From: Schizochytrium sp. TIO01
Taxonomy: Eukaryota; Protista; Bigyra: Labyrinthulomycetes
DNA length: 64,000 nt
Assembly (NCBI GenBank): GCA_004764695.1
Contig: SMSO01000031.1
Span: forward strand, 5,810,761 to 5,874,760
Direction: 5' to 3'
The notes under the pieces are model-generated. The model was not told the origin of the DNA and made no database searches. It saw nothing but the letters and a program-made list of their open reading frames with translations. Shown here in pieces: positions 25,801 to 34,353 of this stretch. The number at the start of each line of letters is the position of its first letter. Position 1 is the stretch's first letter. A program made the position numbers and the translations under genes.

Positions 25801-26922
25801 GTCCGCAGGACTGACAGGACCCTTGGCAGACTCGACGCGTGGCTCAGCGGTAAACTTGGCAACTTCTGCGGCAATGTTTGAGCTCTTGCTAATCTCGGGC
25901 AATTCCACAGGGCGGGCAGCGCCCTTGGTGGACTTAAGACGTGGCTCAGCTATGCTTGGGGCGATATTTGCCGCGGTTCTGGGAGACGTTTTGCATCCGC
26001 CTTCATTGACGCTTGTTCGAGCGTTGACTGCTTCATGATACTGTGAGAACATGATGTCAGAAAAACCTTTCCATTTGGGAGAGCTTGCGTTGAGAGCTCT
26101 CGCCCAGGTGCCGTCAGGTTTTGCGTGTGGGCGGAAGGAAGGTGGAACAAGATGTACAAAGTCGACTGGGGCAAGCCCTGATAGGTCATGAAAGTCCACC
26201 AAGGCCGCGTAAAGCTTAGTCCCAGGATAGATTCCATGTTGTGCAAAAGTTGTATCCCTTACCAAAGCATTGGCTTCCTCCGCAAGGTCTTCCTCATCCA
26301 TCCAAACGCCATTTCGAAGTGTATCTTCGAGCCAACTCACACCACAGGTATTGGCGCTTTGCTGAGTATCAGATCTACCCGTGCGATTCCTTGAGGATAA
26401 AATGGGACGGGGGGTGTCAAATGATTTAGTTGAAGAAGACTTCGTCGCTGGAACATTGATGTTTCTCTTAGGCGTAGAGCGAGTAAGCGCAGCTGGTTGG
26501 GGAAAGGGCTGGTTTTCTGTTACGCTGTTGTTAAGTAGCTTCGAGCGAATTGACTCAGAAGAAGAGCTTGTTCGAGACCGAGGCGTACCTTCAGCCATCT
26601 CTGTTGCGTGCGCACCATCGTCCGATAGGAGGCTCACTTGTGCACTCTCAGAACTCTGCATAGCATCATCAGGGAGCTCTTGGGCATGATGCCGAGCTTG
26701 GCTGTCGTTCATCATTTCTGGCTCACGGAGTGGGCCGAAGATTGCCTCCAGCGTTCTGCCGGCTGCCCAAACGAACAAATCAGTAAGACGGATTTTGGTA
26801 TATTCAAAGACTGGGCAAACTATGTCGAGACCTGCTGTGTAGGTGTATTGAAAGGTTCGGATCAAACACGCTGGGAGTTTGTTTACAAAGGCTTGAGAGA
26901 AAACTGTCGAGTCAGCGGGCAT
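19837..26922 (-). CDS. Giant orphan protein A (2361 aa): small globular island, ~37 x 34-aa Ser/Thr/Ala/Pro/Lys repeats, C-terminal coiled coils
   Basis: 7.1-kb uninterrupted ORF that stays open through about 3.3 kb of non-repetitive sequence. A possible 5' intron ends at 26932 (minus strand CTTAAC...CACGTAG|). Confidence 0.85.
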   Translation of the reverse strand: MPADSTVFSQAFVNKLPACLIRTFQYTYTAGLDIVCPVFEYTKIRLTDLFVWAAGRTLEAIFGPLREPEMMNDSQARHHAQELPDDAMQSSESAQVSLLSDDGAHATEMAEGTPRSRTSSSSESIRSKLLNNSVTENQPFPQPAALTRSTPKRNINVPATKSSSTKSFDTPRPILSSRNRTGRSDTQQSANTCGVSWLEDTLRNGVWMDEEDLAEEANALVRDTTFAQHGIYPGTKLYAALVDFHDLSGLAPVDFVHLVPPSFRPHAKPDGTWARALNASSPKWKGFSDIMFSQYHEAVNARTSVNEGGCKTSPRTAANIAPSIAEPRLKSTKGAARPVELPEISKSSNIAAEVAKFTAEPRVESAKGPVSPADLAKTSKCSNSATNFAKPTAKPRVESAKGPIGPTDLDKISKSSYTAANVAKPTADPRVESAKGSASPADLDKTSKSSNTTADVAKPTAEPRVESTKGPVSPADLAKTSKCSNSAANFSKLTTDPRVESTKGPANLTDLAKTSQSSNIAAEIVKLTAKPHVESTKGPASLTDLPKISKSSNTAEEVAKLAAESRVESTKGPASPADLTKISKSSNTVAEVAQLTAESRAESAMGRASPVDLPKTSKSSNTAENIAKLTTEPRVESAMGRASLTDLAKTSKSSNIAAGAAKLAAEPRVESAKGSANPADLSKISKSSNIAAEVAKLTTEPRVESAKGSASLTDLAKTSKSSDIAAEVAKLAAEPRVESAKGSADPADLSKISKSSNITAEVAKLTTEPRVESAKGPASPADLTKISKSSSNAAEIVKRTIEPHVESAKGPASPADLPKISKSSNTAENIAKLTTEPRVESAKGPASPADLPKTNKSSNIAAEVAKLAAEPRVESAKGSANPADLSKISKSSNIAAEVAKLTTEPRVESAKGPASPADLAKISKSSNDATEVAKLTTDPRGESAKGPVSPADLPKTSKSSNTSEQVAKLTAEPRGESAEGATSPRRLIKTLPRFPLLELPSRTKFTRDLHSSVAKTSKRSNIAAEGEKLTAEPRVESTKGPVSPADLTKTSKSSNTAAEVAKLTTKTRAESAKGPASPADLPKTSQSSNTAAEVAKLAAEPRVESAKGPASLTDLDNITSSSNIVTEVAKLTAEPRVESAKGPASPADLPKTCQSSNTAAEVAKLAAEPRVESAKGPASLTDLDNITSGSNIVTEVAKLVAEPRVESAKGPASPADLPKTSKSSNIAAEVAKLAAEPRVGSAKDPASPVDLTKTSKSSSTAANVTKPTAKPRVESAKDPASPADLTKTSKSSNIAAEVAKRTVPEHAVSAKGSISSVNLNMANNSPKTDVEAHKLTAKPHVESVKTSGSFMNLPKAGNSPTSTEAVAKLTVEPDIESSKSLASSKACNSSKTAVEVDKLTSKPYVESPKSHVSSVNLAKASHSLKSDAAVANLTVKPHVVSGKTSASSVNLSNVSKSTKSTVAVAQFANELHVESTKSRASSEDMAKASNSPKTDVDVAKLTAKPHAESSKGLASSVNSADAISSPKSDIAVAKLTVEPHIESAKSPASSENAVEPNSNPKTEVEVAKLPSKLHGESTKGSTISVENSNKDTMIVQTKATASKSTLKTIIKSVKCSVDTTGLTKNSKAEVSFNSPRPAASADVTKNHANRTIVDEDTKVDKTGSQTCTARSLNVEKGSTHFTQEKSSIKHHVGRDSSESTCEQETTVERKSSSSTVNTRRKTPRKSFLVVPKSLASGSSRTYISQAHRSSEGKQGSPPAGFVTTQQHQKEIHECNDEISILRDQVAHLEQQLDHFVSNSPDRVLENAANVEESHRAQFNKILQECKDEMDSDSEPIFLTTNSPPLTTNDEILDTMIKRNQELESKLKDLNKRHSAMRKWYDNKKEEAKQLNGQVENLKDELSQRECEVKNQKIRICALEQAVDTYHRAAWAASPTDKENSSKGLKTPQRTSTRKHMRNTRDAPYSGLRGDSRRHGRSSSRKYGHPDTSPGGLASPLPAYSEPSSEDSAKSHELEATSATVAEDSTKTVLKPLRSKEEPNGECTPKDFADTEANLDRVSLDDAQHPVMASPNSNSKVDAVSGLSGKSEKPKDSRNSRNEVALRKTESATALEKHDNHLREHLIPELNAASDARDEALLDAADELAAAHQLTSPDDDQHLDSTECTASSTKSPQNTSQGSASKMASATGHQKDNENDDVLGAIAAETGEVLEFAFALKEQLRREQERAAMLEHQNYILTQAHEVLVNNNSQLQETNANLAKMVESWMELFISTTVAQHSEEEAANLRAQMKKVKAPRQHFPDQENQASFVNEQAKDCRQPLRDSNSKMQMPKSSQVSKNAQTFQNVESLAGENLEHQGARSTL
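22180..25950 (-). repeat. 102-bp coding tandem repeat, ~37 units
   Basis: GGCTGGCAGGACCC recurs at 23283 and 23385 (period 102). Consensus is about AEPRVESAKGPASPADLPKTSKSSNIAAEVAKLT. Confidence 0.95.
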
Positions 26923-27287
26923 GTAAATAGCCTACGTGTGCCGTTACGTAAGTTAAGCTCACAGGCACAGCAAACCTCAGGGCAACTGGGCTGCTGCTCC
27001 TTCCAGTTCAAGCACCAACACACTCAGCAAGGCGAGAAGAGTTGCGGCGTCTGCTGCGTGCGGGATCAGGAGGGCGCCTGCGCTCACCTGCACGTGGTGC
27101 AAACGAGAGTATAAGGATTGATAGATAGGTAAGCAAGCGCTACCCCAGCCTTACTTCCCGTGGGGTCAATTACGTAGAACCGCAATCTCCGTTTCTTCGA
27201 AGACTGTTCGGGGACTCTTTGATTACCCCTAAATACTATATGTACACTATTGCACACCTAATCTTCCACTCGAGAGGATTCTTGGGG

Positions 27288-27460
27288 ACTCTCTGGGTAC
27301 TCCCTGGGCACTCCCTGAGTACTCCCTGGGCACTCCCTGGGTACTACTCCCTGGGTACTATTTATGGACTCCTCGGAAACTCCTTGTTGGCGGGCTTCTT
27401 GCTGGCAGGCTTCTTGAAGCTTCTTGAAGGCAGGCAGGCTTCTTGAAGGCAAGCTTCTTG
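27288..27460. repeat. 11-bp (ACTCCCTGGGY) x6 followed by GCTTCTTG x5 short repeats
   Basis: Read directly at 27288-27356 and about 27395-27460. Confidence 0.85.
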
Positions 27461-27748
27461 TAACTGTTCGTAGGCTAGTTTATTACTGGTGCGTTCTTTG
27501 TACGTTATCACCTTGCAGGCTTTAAAACCTTGCGGGCATGCAAGGTTTTAGCCTTTGAGGTTCGTCAGCAGGCAACTTGCTTGTTCTGCACACGCCTTAC
27601 AAGCTTGGGCAGCTTGCGAGGCGTGACACAAATGAACAAGGCAACTCAGGGATAGCGCCCTGAGCAGCGCAACCGGTTGGCGGGCAGGCGGGCGGGCAGG
27701 CGGGCGGGCTCAACGTCTTTGGCTTGGGGCTTGAGGCGAAGCTCCAAA

Positions 27749-27809
27749 CGTTCGGGGTCTGTTGCTGCGATGCAACGCACTGAGAGTCCCAGCTAAATGG
27801 TTTCATTGG
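27749..27809 (-). promoter_or_regulatory. Conserved upstream motif of giant ORF A (shared with 53555-53597)
   Basis: CGTTCGGGGTCTG-N11-CAACGCACTGAGAG...TCATTGG, compared with CGTTCGGGGTCTG-N8-CAACCCACCGAGAG-C-TCATTGG upstream of ORF B. Confidence 0.5.
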
Positions 27810-30011
27810 AAACATACGTTACTTAAAATAGCAAAGTTAAATAGTCATTCTACTAGGAAAGGCCGTACAAAGTAGTTAAACATATTCATGGCTTCCCTTT
27901 AAAATATGATGAGTTTATATAGTTGCTGGAGTGGCCAGAGCAGTTACAAAACATTACAAAACAAAGAAGCTGATAGCGTAGATTAAGTTTTATGCTATTT
28001 GCGATACCTCGTCGTAACTATAAAGAGAACCATAGCTATCGTCTTCAGCAACGATCAAGCAAACGACATTGTACAATTTGTATATGACAAGAGTGGTATA
28101 ATCAAGAGCAGATTATTGTCGAGGCTCTTTCCTAAGTTCTTATTGCTGCAAGCAGGATATATGAGACTAATAAAATTGAGATCACTGAACAACAAGCTTC
28201 AAGCGGCCCATGATTCTAATGATTCGAATTGCTCTCGCTACACATTGCAGCAAGTTTGAGTTTAACCAGTAACTTCTAGCAGAGCCTACAACGTCAACAT
28301 CTCCCGAAATTATCGGTATAGAGGTTGATGCTAGAAAAACTATTCTACGATCATTTTTGATGTTTTGGTCTCTTCTGAGCCAGCAATATTAAAATAAGTT
28401 GGATGGGCGAGACTACTTAGAATGAAAGATGTGATTTTTATGCACATTGTTGATCTCTGGCCAGCACCATCTGCAGGCATCGCACTGAAAAGCGGTTGAT
28501 TGTCCGTTTCTATGAATTACTAGAGTCAGTAATAATTTGAATAGAGGGAAATTCATTTTCGGAATCATGATATACCTACAATAGTAGTTCATCAATCATA
28601 TTTATATAATTTGTCTAGAAAAAGGGTATGCCTATCCTCTCCAGCTTAGTCTCTGTAAATTTTCACCTATCTCTCTTTCATTCAACTCCCAAAGCTCGAG
28701 GGCATGCAAAGGAGCTCGCACAGGGACCAAGTCTAAGACAGATAAGAGCAATGAGTCGTGTTGGTTTCTGCTCGTCACCACCTTATTCAAGTTATTCAAT
28801 TGAGGGACTCTTGTGCCTTATTTCCTATTTAAGAAAGTAAAAATTCATCTCCACAGAGCATTTCTCCCGGAAAGCTTCTTAAAATAAGGTCCTCTGGGCT
28901 CTGGGATTGCTGCTCAGGCCTGCTCAGGCCTGGCCTTCGCAGCGAGGGCTTGCGCTCCTGCTCCAGGCACATCGCGGTTGCTTCAGCGCAGCCGCAGTGC
29001 CGCGGTGAGGCCAGTAGTCTGCTAGTTGCTGCTGCGGCCTGGCGCCGCTCGGGCGTGCGCAGCGCGCTGCGCGAGGCGGGCGCCGCGCGGCGGTCTGCCG
29101 ATTCGTAGCCAAGAGACCCTTTGCTGTAAAGTTGTTCCTTAAAAAAGAATGAGAAATGGGACCTTCAATTTTTATTAAGGGATTATGTGCAACGGACCTT
29201 TTTCTGAAATGGCTCTTATTTTTCAATGTATTTTTCGTTTTATTATTATTTTTTTATAAATAAAAATTGTATCCCTAGTTGTTTTAATTCTAATTAAAAC
29301 CCAAAACGACTCGGAAACTAAACGAGAAGGGGTGATATAGATAAGGGCCAAGTCTATTGCTGAGAGACGCAGCAGTGAATAGAAGGCATGAGGATGTCAT
29401 TCATTGGGCTTGTTCACTTTGAAGTGGGTGCGAGTGTTGGAGTAAGAACTTGCTTGAATGGAGAGAAAAAGGGTTGTCTAGCTCTTTTTTTTAATTATGA
29501 AAGATTTCTTCCTGCAGCGAATAAATAAAGAATGAAAAAAACAAATGATCGGCTCGGCCCGGTTCGTTTCTTTTTATCTATCATTTTGAATGTTCATTCT
29601 TTGTTTGGTTGTGCTTGGAAAATTAATTCCCTATAGTTTGGATACATGATATTTAATTAAAAAAAATGTCTTTTTTACCAAATTAATTATTGGTTTACAG
29701 AAAGAATTGTTGAAGCTTAACGTAGCTATTTCTACGAAACAATTATAGTTTTCGCCACACGTTAGTACAGAGAGAGAAAGACATAGAAGTAGACACTGAG
29801 TCTTTGGATTGCATTTGATTTGTTACAGAGCAACCAACTTGAAAAGTCAAAAATAAAAAATAATTATTTTTTTTAAAATAAAATTTTAAAAATATAAGTG
29901 GCGCGTGGATAGTTCCATTTCCGTTCATGGGCTTGGAGTTAGTTAGGGCAAGACTAAGATTACCTTACAAGGTCTGCATTTTTCAGTCCAATATTTCCCT
30001 AGAATTAACAA

Positions 30012-30041
30012 TGTAATGCAATGCAATGCAATGCAATGCAA
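30012..30041. repeat. (AATGC)n microsatellite
   Basis: About five ATGCA units. Confidence 0.8.
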
Positions 30042-31312
30042 TTACGCTCGTGCTTTTTCTTGCAGTCTTACTGTTCATTAATATTCTTACTTTTATTATA
30101 TTTTAGAAAGTTTAAAGTCTAAGAAGGATCCTCCGTTTATACAAACTTGCAGACTTGGCTATTCCGCCGTGCTTCTTCTACTCCACCGAGAAGCATCCAC
30201 CTGCATCTCATTCCTTACGTTCGAGTTTCCCCCCTTCAAGCCATTCCTTCACGCTCGAGCAACAAAAGCCTTGGCTCGGCACCTCGATTCGCAGCGCTTC
30301 TCTTTCTCCAAAGGGTGCCTCCAAGCCGAAAGAGCTCTTTGCATGCTGAAGGCGGCAATTCCCCCCACGACACCAAATAAGAAACCAGCATTCGGGCTGC
30401 ACGACGCACCGAGCGCGACACTGCCTTTCGCCATTTCCTTCATGCGTTGGCCTTCGTCCAATCCTCCTTTTGCGTGAGTGTCTTTCAGTTCTTTCCCCAA
30501 AGGGGGGTCCGGGCTCTCTTTCATACCGGAAAGCGCCTCCCGATCAGAGCAATTCGAGCTGGCAAAGGACCTTCGCAGATGCCCTTTGCCTCGACTCCAA
30601 AAAACTAATCAATCAAACAAACAAGCAAGCAAGCTGCAGGTCTTCGTCTCCTTGAAGGTCTTACGCGGGTGCCGGGCTCCTCCATGGGCTCGTGCGCGAC
30701 TCCAGGGCGTCCCTGGGGAGCATAAAGAGGTGCGCCACTGGGGAAAACCTCACTTTCACATCGCACGCGAATCCGCGTTAGCTTCTTTGGAATATGGTGC
30801 ATACGGGTTTCCCTTGGGAAGAAGTTCGCTGCAGGTGGTCCTCGCAGAGGGCGCGAGAGGGGGTGCAAACATCATGGGAAAGGATTCTTCGCTCGCGCTG
30901 AGGACCTTCTTCAGAGCCTCGCAAAAGAGATGTGCGTGGAATGTCAATGTATGTGGCACCGCAACGATTGGGCCTCCTTCGTCTTCAGGGGGGCATCTAG
31001 CGGCTGCTTACGGCGGCCTTTGGCACCTTCGAGGCCTCGCACAGCCAGAGGTCTGTCTTACGCGTAGCCCAGCATCAAACCCAGGGCACTTCAGCTGCAA
31101 AGCCTGCCTTCCTCTTGGATACGCCGGGCCCAGCTCGCTGCAGCCCTTGTGCAAAGCCGGGCCATCGCTCAGACTGTAGATTTGGTACGCGATTGAAAGC
31201 CACCATTAAGAGGCCCATCCAAGAAACCTGTTGTTCTCCTGTTCCATTCGTTTTCGTTTTTAAAGAGGGATGTAAAAAAACAAAGAAAGCAAAACAGAAC
31301 AAAGAAACAAAT

Positions 31313-31910
31313 TTTCTGAGAAACAAACATTCTGAAAAACAAACATTCTGAGAAACAAACATTCTGAGAAACAAACATTCTGAGAAACAAACATTCTGAG
31401 AAACAAACATTCTGAAAAACAAACATTCTGAAAAACAAGCATTCTGAAAAACAAACATTCTGAAAAACAAACATTCTGAGAAACAAACATTCTGAGAAAC
31501 AAACATTCTGAAAAACAAACATTCTGAAAAACAAGCATTCTGAAAAACAAACAATCTGAAAAACAAACATTCTGAAAAACAAGCATTCTGAGAAACAAAC
31601 ATTCTGAGAAACAAACATTCTGAAAAACAAGCATTCTGAGAAACAAACATTCTGAAAAACAAACATTCTGAAAAACAAGCATTTTGAGAAACAAGCATTC
31701 TGAGAAACAAACATTCTGAGAAACAAACATTCTGAGAAACAAACATTCTGAGAAACAAACATTCTAAAAAACAAACATTCTGAGAAACAAACATTCTGAA
31801 AAACAAACGTTCTGAAAAACAAACATTCTGAGAAACAAACATTCTGAAGACAAACATTCTGAGAAACATACATTCTGAAGACAAACATTCTGAGAAACAT
31901 ACATTCTGAA
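31313..31910. repeat. 16-bp minisatellite (AAACAAACATTCTGAR), ~37 copies
   Basis: Tandem units differing mostly by G/A at one or two positions, with no unique spacers. Confidence 0.95.
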
Positions 31911-31944
31911 AAAAAAAACAAAAAAACAAAAAAACAAAAAAAAA

Positions 31945-32124
31945 AAACAAACAAACAAACAAACAAACAAACAAACAAACAAACAAACAAACAAACAAAC
32001 AAACAAACAAACAAACAAACAAACAAACAAACAAACAAACAAACAAACAAACAAACAAACAAACAAACAAACAAACAAACAAACAAACAAACAAACAAAC
32101 AAACAAACAAACAAACAAACAAAC
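31945..32124. repeat. (AAAC)n microsatellite, ~45 copies
   Basis: Perfect AAAC run. Confidence 0.97.
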
Positions 32125-33394
32125 AACAGAACAGAACAGATTGGGAGAGGAGGAAACTTCTCAAGAAAAGTGGCGGCTTGAATAACGGCCTCCGAACTGG
32201 ATAGCCGCCATATCGGTCAAACAGCCAGCCACTTTACAATGGACTCGGCGTGGCGGCGCTCTCTGCAGCTCTCCACATCCTCTCGAACATCCACCTTCGA
32301 ATCCAGCTCGCCTTTCTCTGCCCTGCCCATGCTTCTCTCCAAGACAGTCATTGATTGCATCGGCATCGTGCAATCCGCAATTTTCCCAATCTTCTTCATC
32401 TCCAGGTTATCCCTCTGGCCTGCTATTCACGAGAGCTGCTCAAGCTCTTTCCTATTCCTAACTCGATGCTCCACTCCGCACAGGCCAGGCACACAACCCC
32501 GCGACAGTCCCGGCCGTCGGTTTCGCAGAGCTGTATCTGAGGATAAACAAGGCTTCTTGAAACAATCGAGCTCTGCGACGACCAGCGACGCAAGCTCTGC
32601 CACTCCTGCCTCTTCTCTCTGTGGCGCCTTCTCCTCCATCCTCTTTCTTTGACTCGCGGACATCCCTTTCCATGACCCCGGTACGCCCCGGGGGCGCCAG
32701 AGGACGCAAGCCACTCCGGGGTTTGTGCGTCTGCTATGGAGTGCATTTAGCTGACAAGGTATTGAATGCGCCGGCTGGATGGCTGGGAAGAAGGCCTTGG
32801 CAAGTGCACGCTGTTTGGAGAGAGAAATGATTGTTCAAGCTTGCTTGCAGACTGTTTAGCATTGGTTGTGGAAAGAATGGCAGCAAGATGGAGATGTATC
32901 AGACGTACATTATGCTCGATTGCTGTCCGTGGATCTTTGGATTGCTTGGTTGAGAATCGAATGACTTTTCTCAAAGGGTGTGCATTGCTGTGCATCTTCA
33001 GCAACCGGATATAGGGAGGTCCTTTGCTTTTTGTGGTTTTGCGTTGCCCTCCTTGATACGTAATTCTTTACTAGTTTGACGTAGAGTCCGTACTGTTGTT
33101 GCTTCTATTAATGCGACTGCAGAGTTTGTTATTTAGTTCTATACTAACTGCGAAGCTATGCTGCGAAGGTTTCTTGACGCGACGTAGTTGCTTTGATGAA
33201 AAGATCAACTCATTACTCCGTTCCTTCCTTCGTGTGATCTAGCGTCATCTACTTCACTTCGTATTCGAAAGCAAAGTAGTGATGCAACGCCTCTGGAGAA
33301 TAACACAGAGTGAAGAATTTACTATGGTTTAGAAGTACACTGCGCGAGCATATTTAATGGAGGCCATGGATTAAAAAAAGATTAACATACAGAC

Positions 33395-34353
33395 TAATGA
33401 GACGAGGTTGTGATTGCTTAGAGGTAATTGGGGAAATGTCTAAGATGATAGTAGCTAGTTAGACTGAGACTAAGGGTTGTCTTATTTGATGTGCTTGAGT
33501 TAACTCAAGTGATTCGGGTCGCTTGAATATTTTGGGTCTGCTTGTCTGGTTTGCTTTGCAAACTCCTCTTGACGCTTGTTGTGTTCCGTGGGTGCATCTC
33601 GTGCAGTGTCACACCACATCACCCATCATGCCATCATGTCGCCTTTTGACGTCATGGTGTCAAATAGGTGTTCCTTTTAGCCTTGCAAAGTCATGCCGTA
33701 AAGATGTACCTGTATCCCTTCTCAGTACAGGCAAAGCTGAAAGATGATTCTGGTTGGCTTGAGGTTGACTGTAAAGATGAAGGCAAGGGGTTTGATGAAG
33801 ACTTTACGAAGGTTGATTTAAAAGTTAGCGAACTGTTGCCCCGGAGGATGAATTGCAAGACAGATGGATTCATGTAATAATTAAGGAGGTTAAAATATGT
33901 TTGAAAGGTGTTAGAGATAATCGATGGGGTTAGGGTTAATTCAACCTCTCCAACCATCGATTCAAGTGACACTATATTTGGATGTAGGTAAGTGTGTAGT
34001 CACATTTTTGGTTCTTGTCTGTGGCATCCACATGAATCTGGCTGCCTACTTTTGCTCAATTGTAAGTCTATGTCTACTAGTGTTTCACAAAGGGACGCCA
34101 AGAGCTCTAGCAATGTCTTATTCACTAGTTCCTTGGATAGGAGATCTCAGCAGGGAACAGAGCAAAAATGGAGAGGGGTTTGCAAAGCAAACCCGACAAA
34201 AGACCCGAAATATCTCAATAGACCCGAATCACTTGAGTTAACTCAAGCACATCAAATAAGACAAGCGCCAATCCTAGCCTCTGTACTATTAAACTACAAC
34301 CATCTTAGACACTTCCTCTGTTACCTCTAAAGCAATCATAACTACGTTTCATT
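33395..34353. mobile_element. Putative non-autonomous TIR element (MITE-like), ~960 bp with ~210-bp imperfect inverted ends
   Basis: 33395-33602 is the degenerate reverse complement of 34141-34353, including an exact 44-bp inverted match (33477-33520 / 34221-34264). No transposase ORF and no clear TSD. Confidence 0.6.

Noticed and set aside
22025-26038. Long plus-strand ORFs (623, 572, 366, 305 aa) antisense to ORF A
   Set aside because: They coincide with the 102-bp in-frame repeat and mostly end at the non-repeat insert or the array edges. A stop-free unit keeps several frames open automatically.
30478-31179. 233-aa plus-strand ORF in the distal cassette block
   Set aside because: Starts at GTG, runs through a microsatellite, has atypical composition and is not preserved in the homologous block of unit B.
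31075-32164. 331-347 aa Phe/Cys/Leu-rich ORFs and a CRISPR-like regular array
   Set aside because: These are translations of the (AAAC)n and 16-bp satellites. There are no unique spacers or cas genes, and the context is eukaryotic.
32130-33010. GC-rich stretch with a minus-strand frame (32714-32127) broken by two TGA codons
   Set aside because: No recognisable domain, ATG context or SECIS. It could be a decayed pseudogene, but this is not supportable.
33737-33830. Apparent peptide similarity KDDSGWLEVDCKDEGKG... versus KDRSGQLGFDSEDQGRG... (minus strand ~35620-35708)
   Set aside because: Follows from the nucleotide repeat. The differences are mostly non-synonymous, so there is no evidence of coding selection or a transposase.
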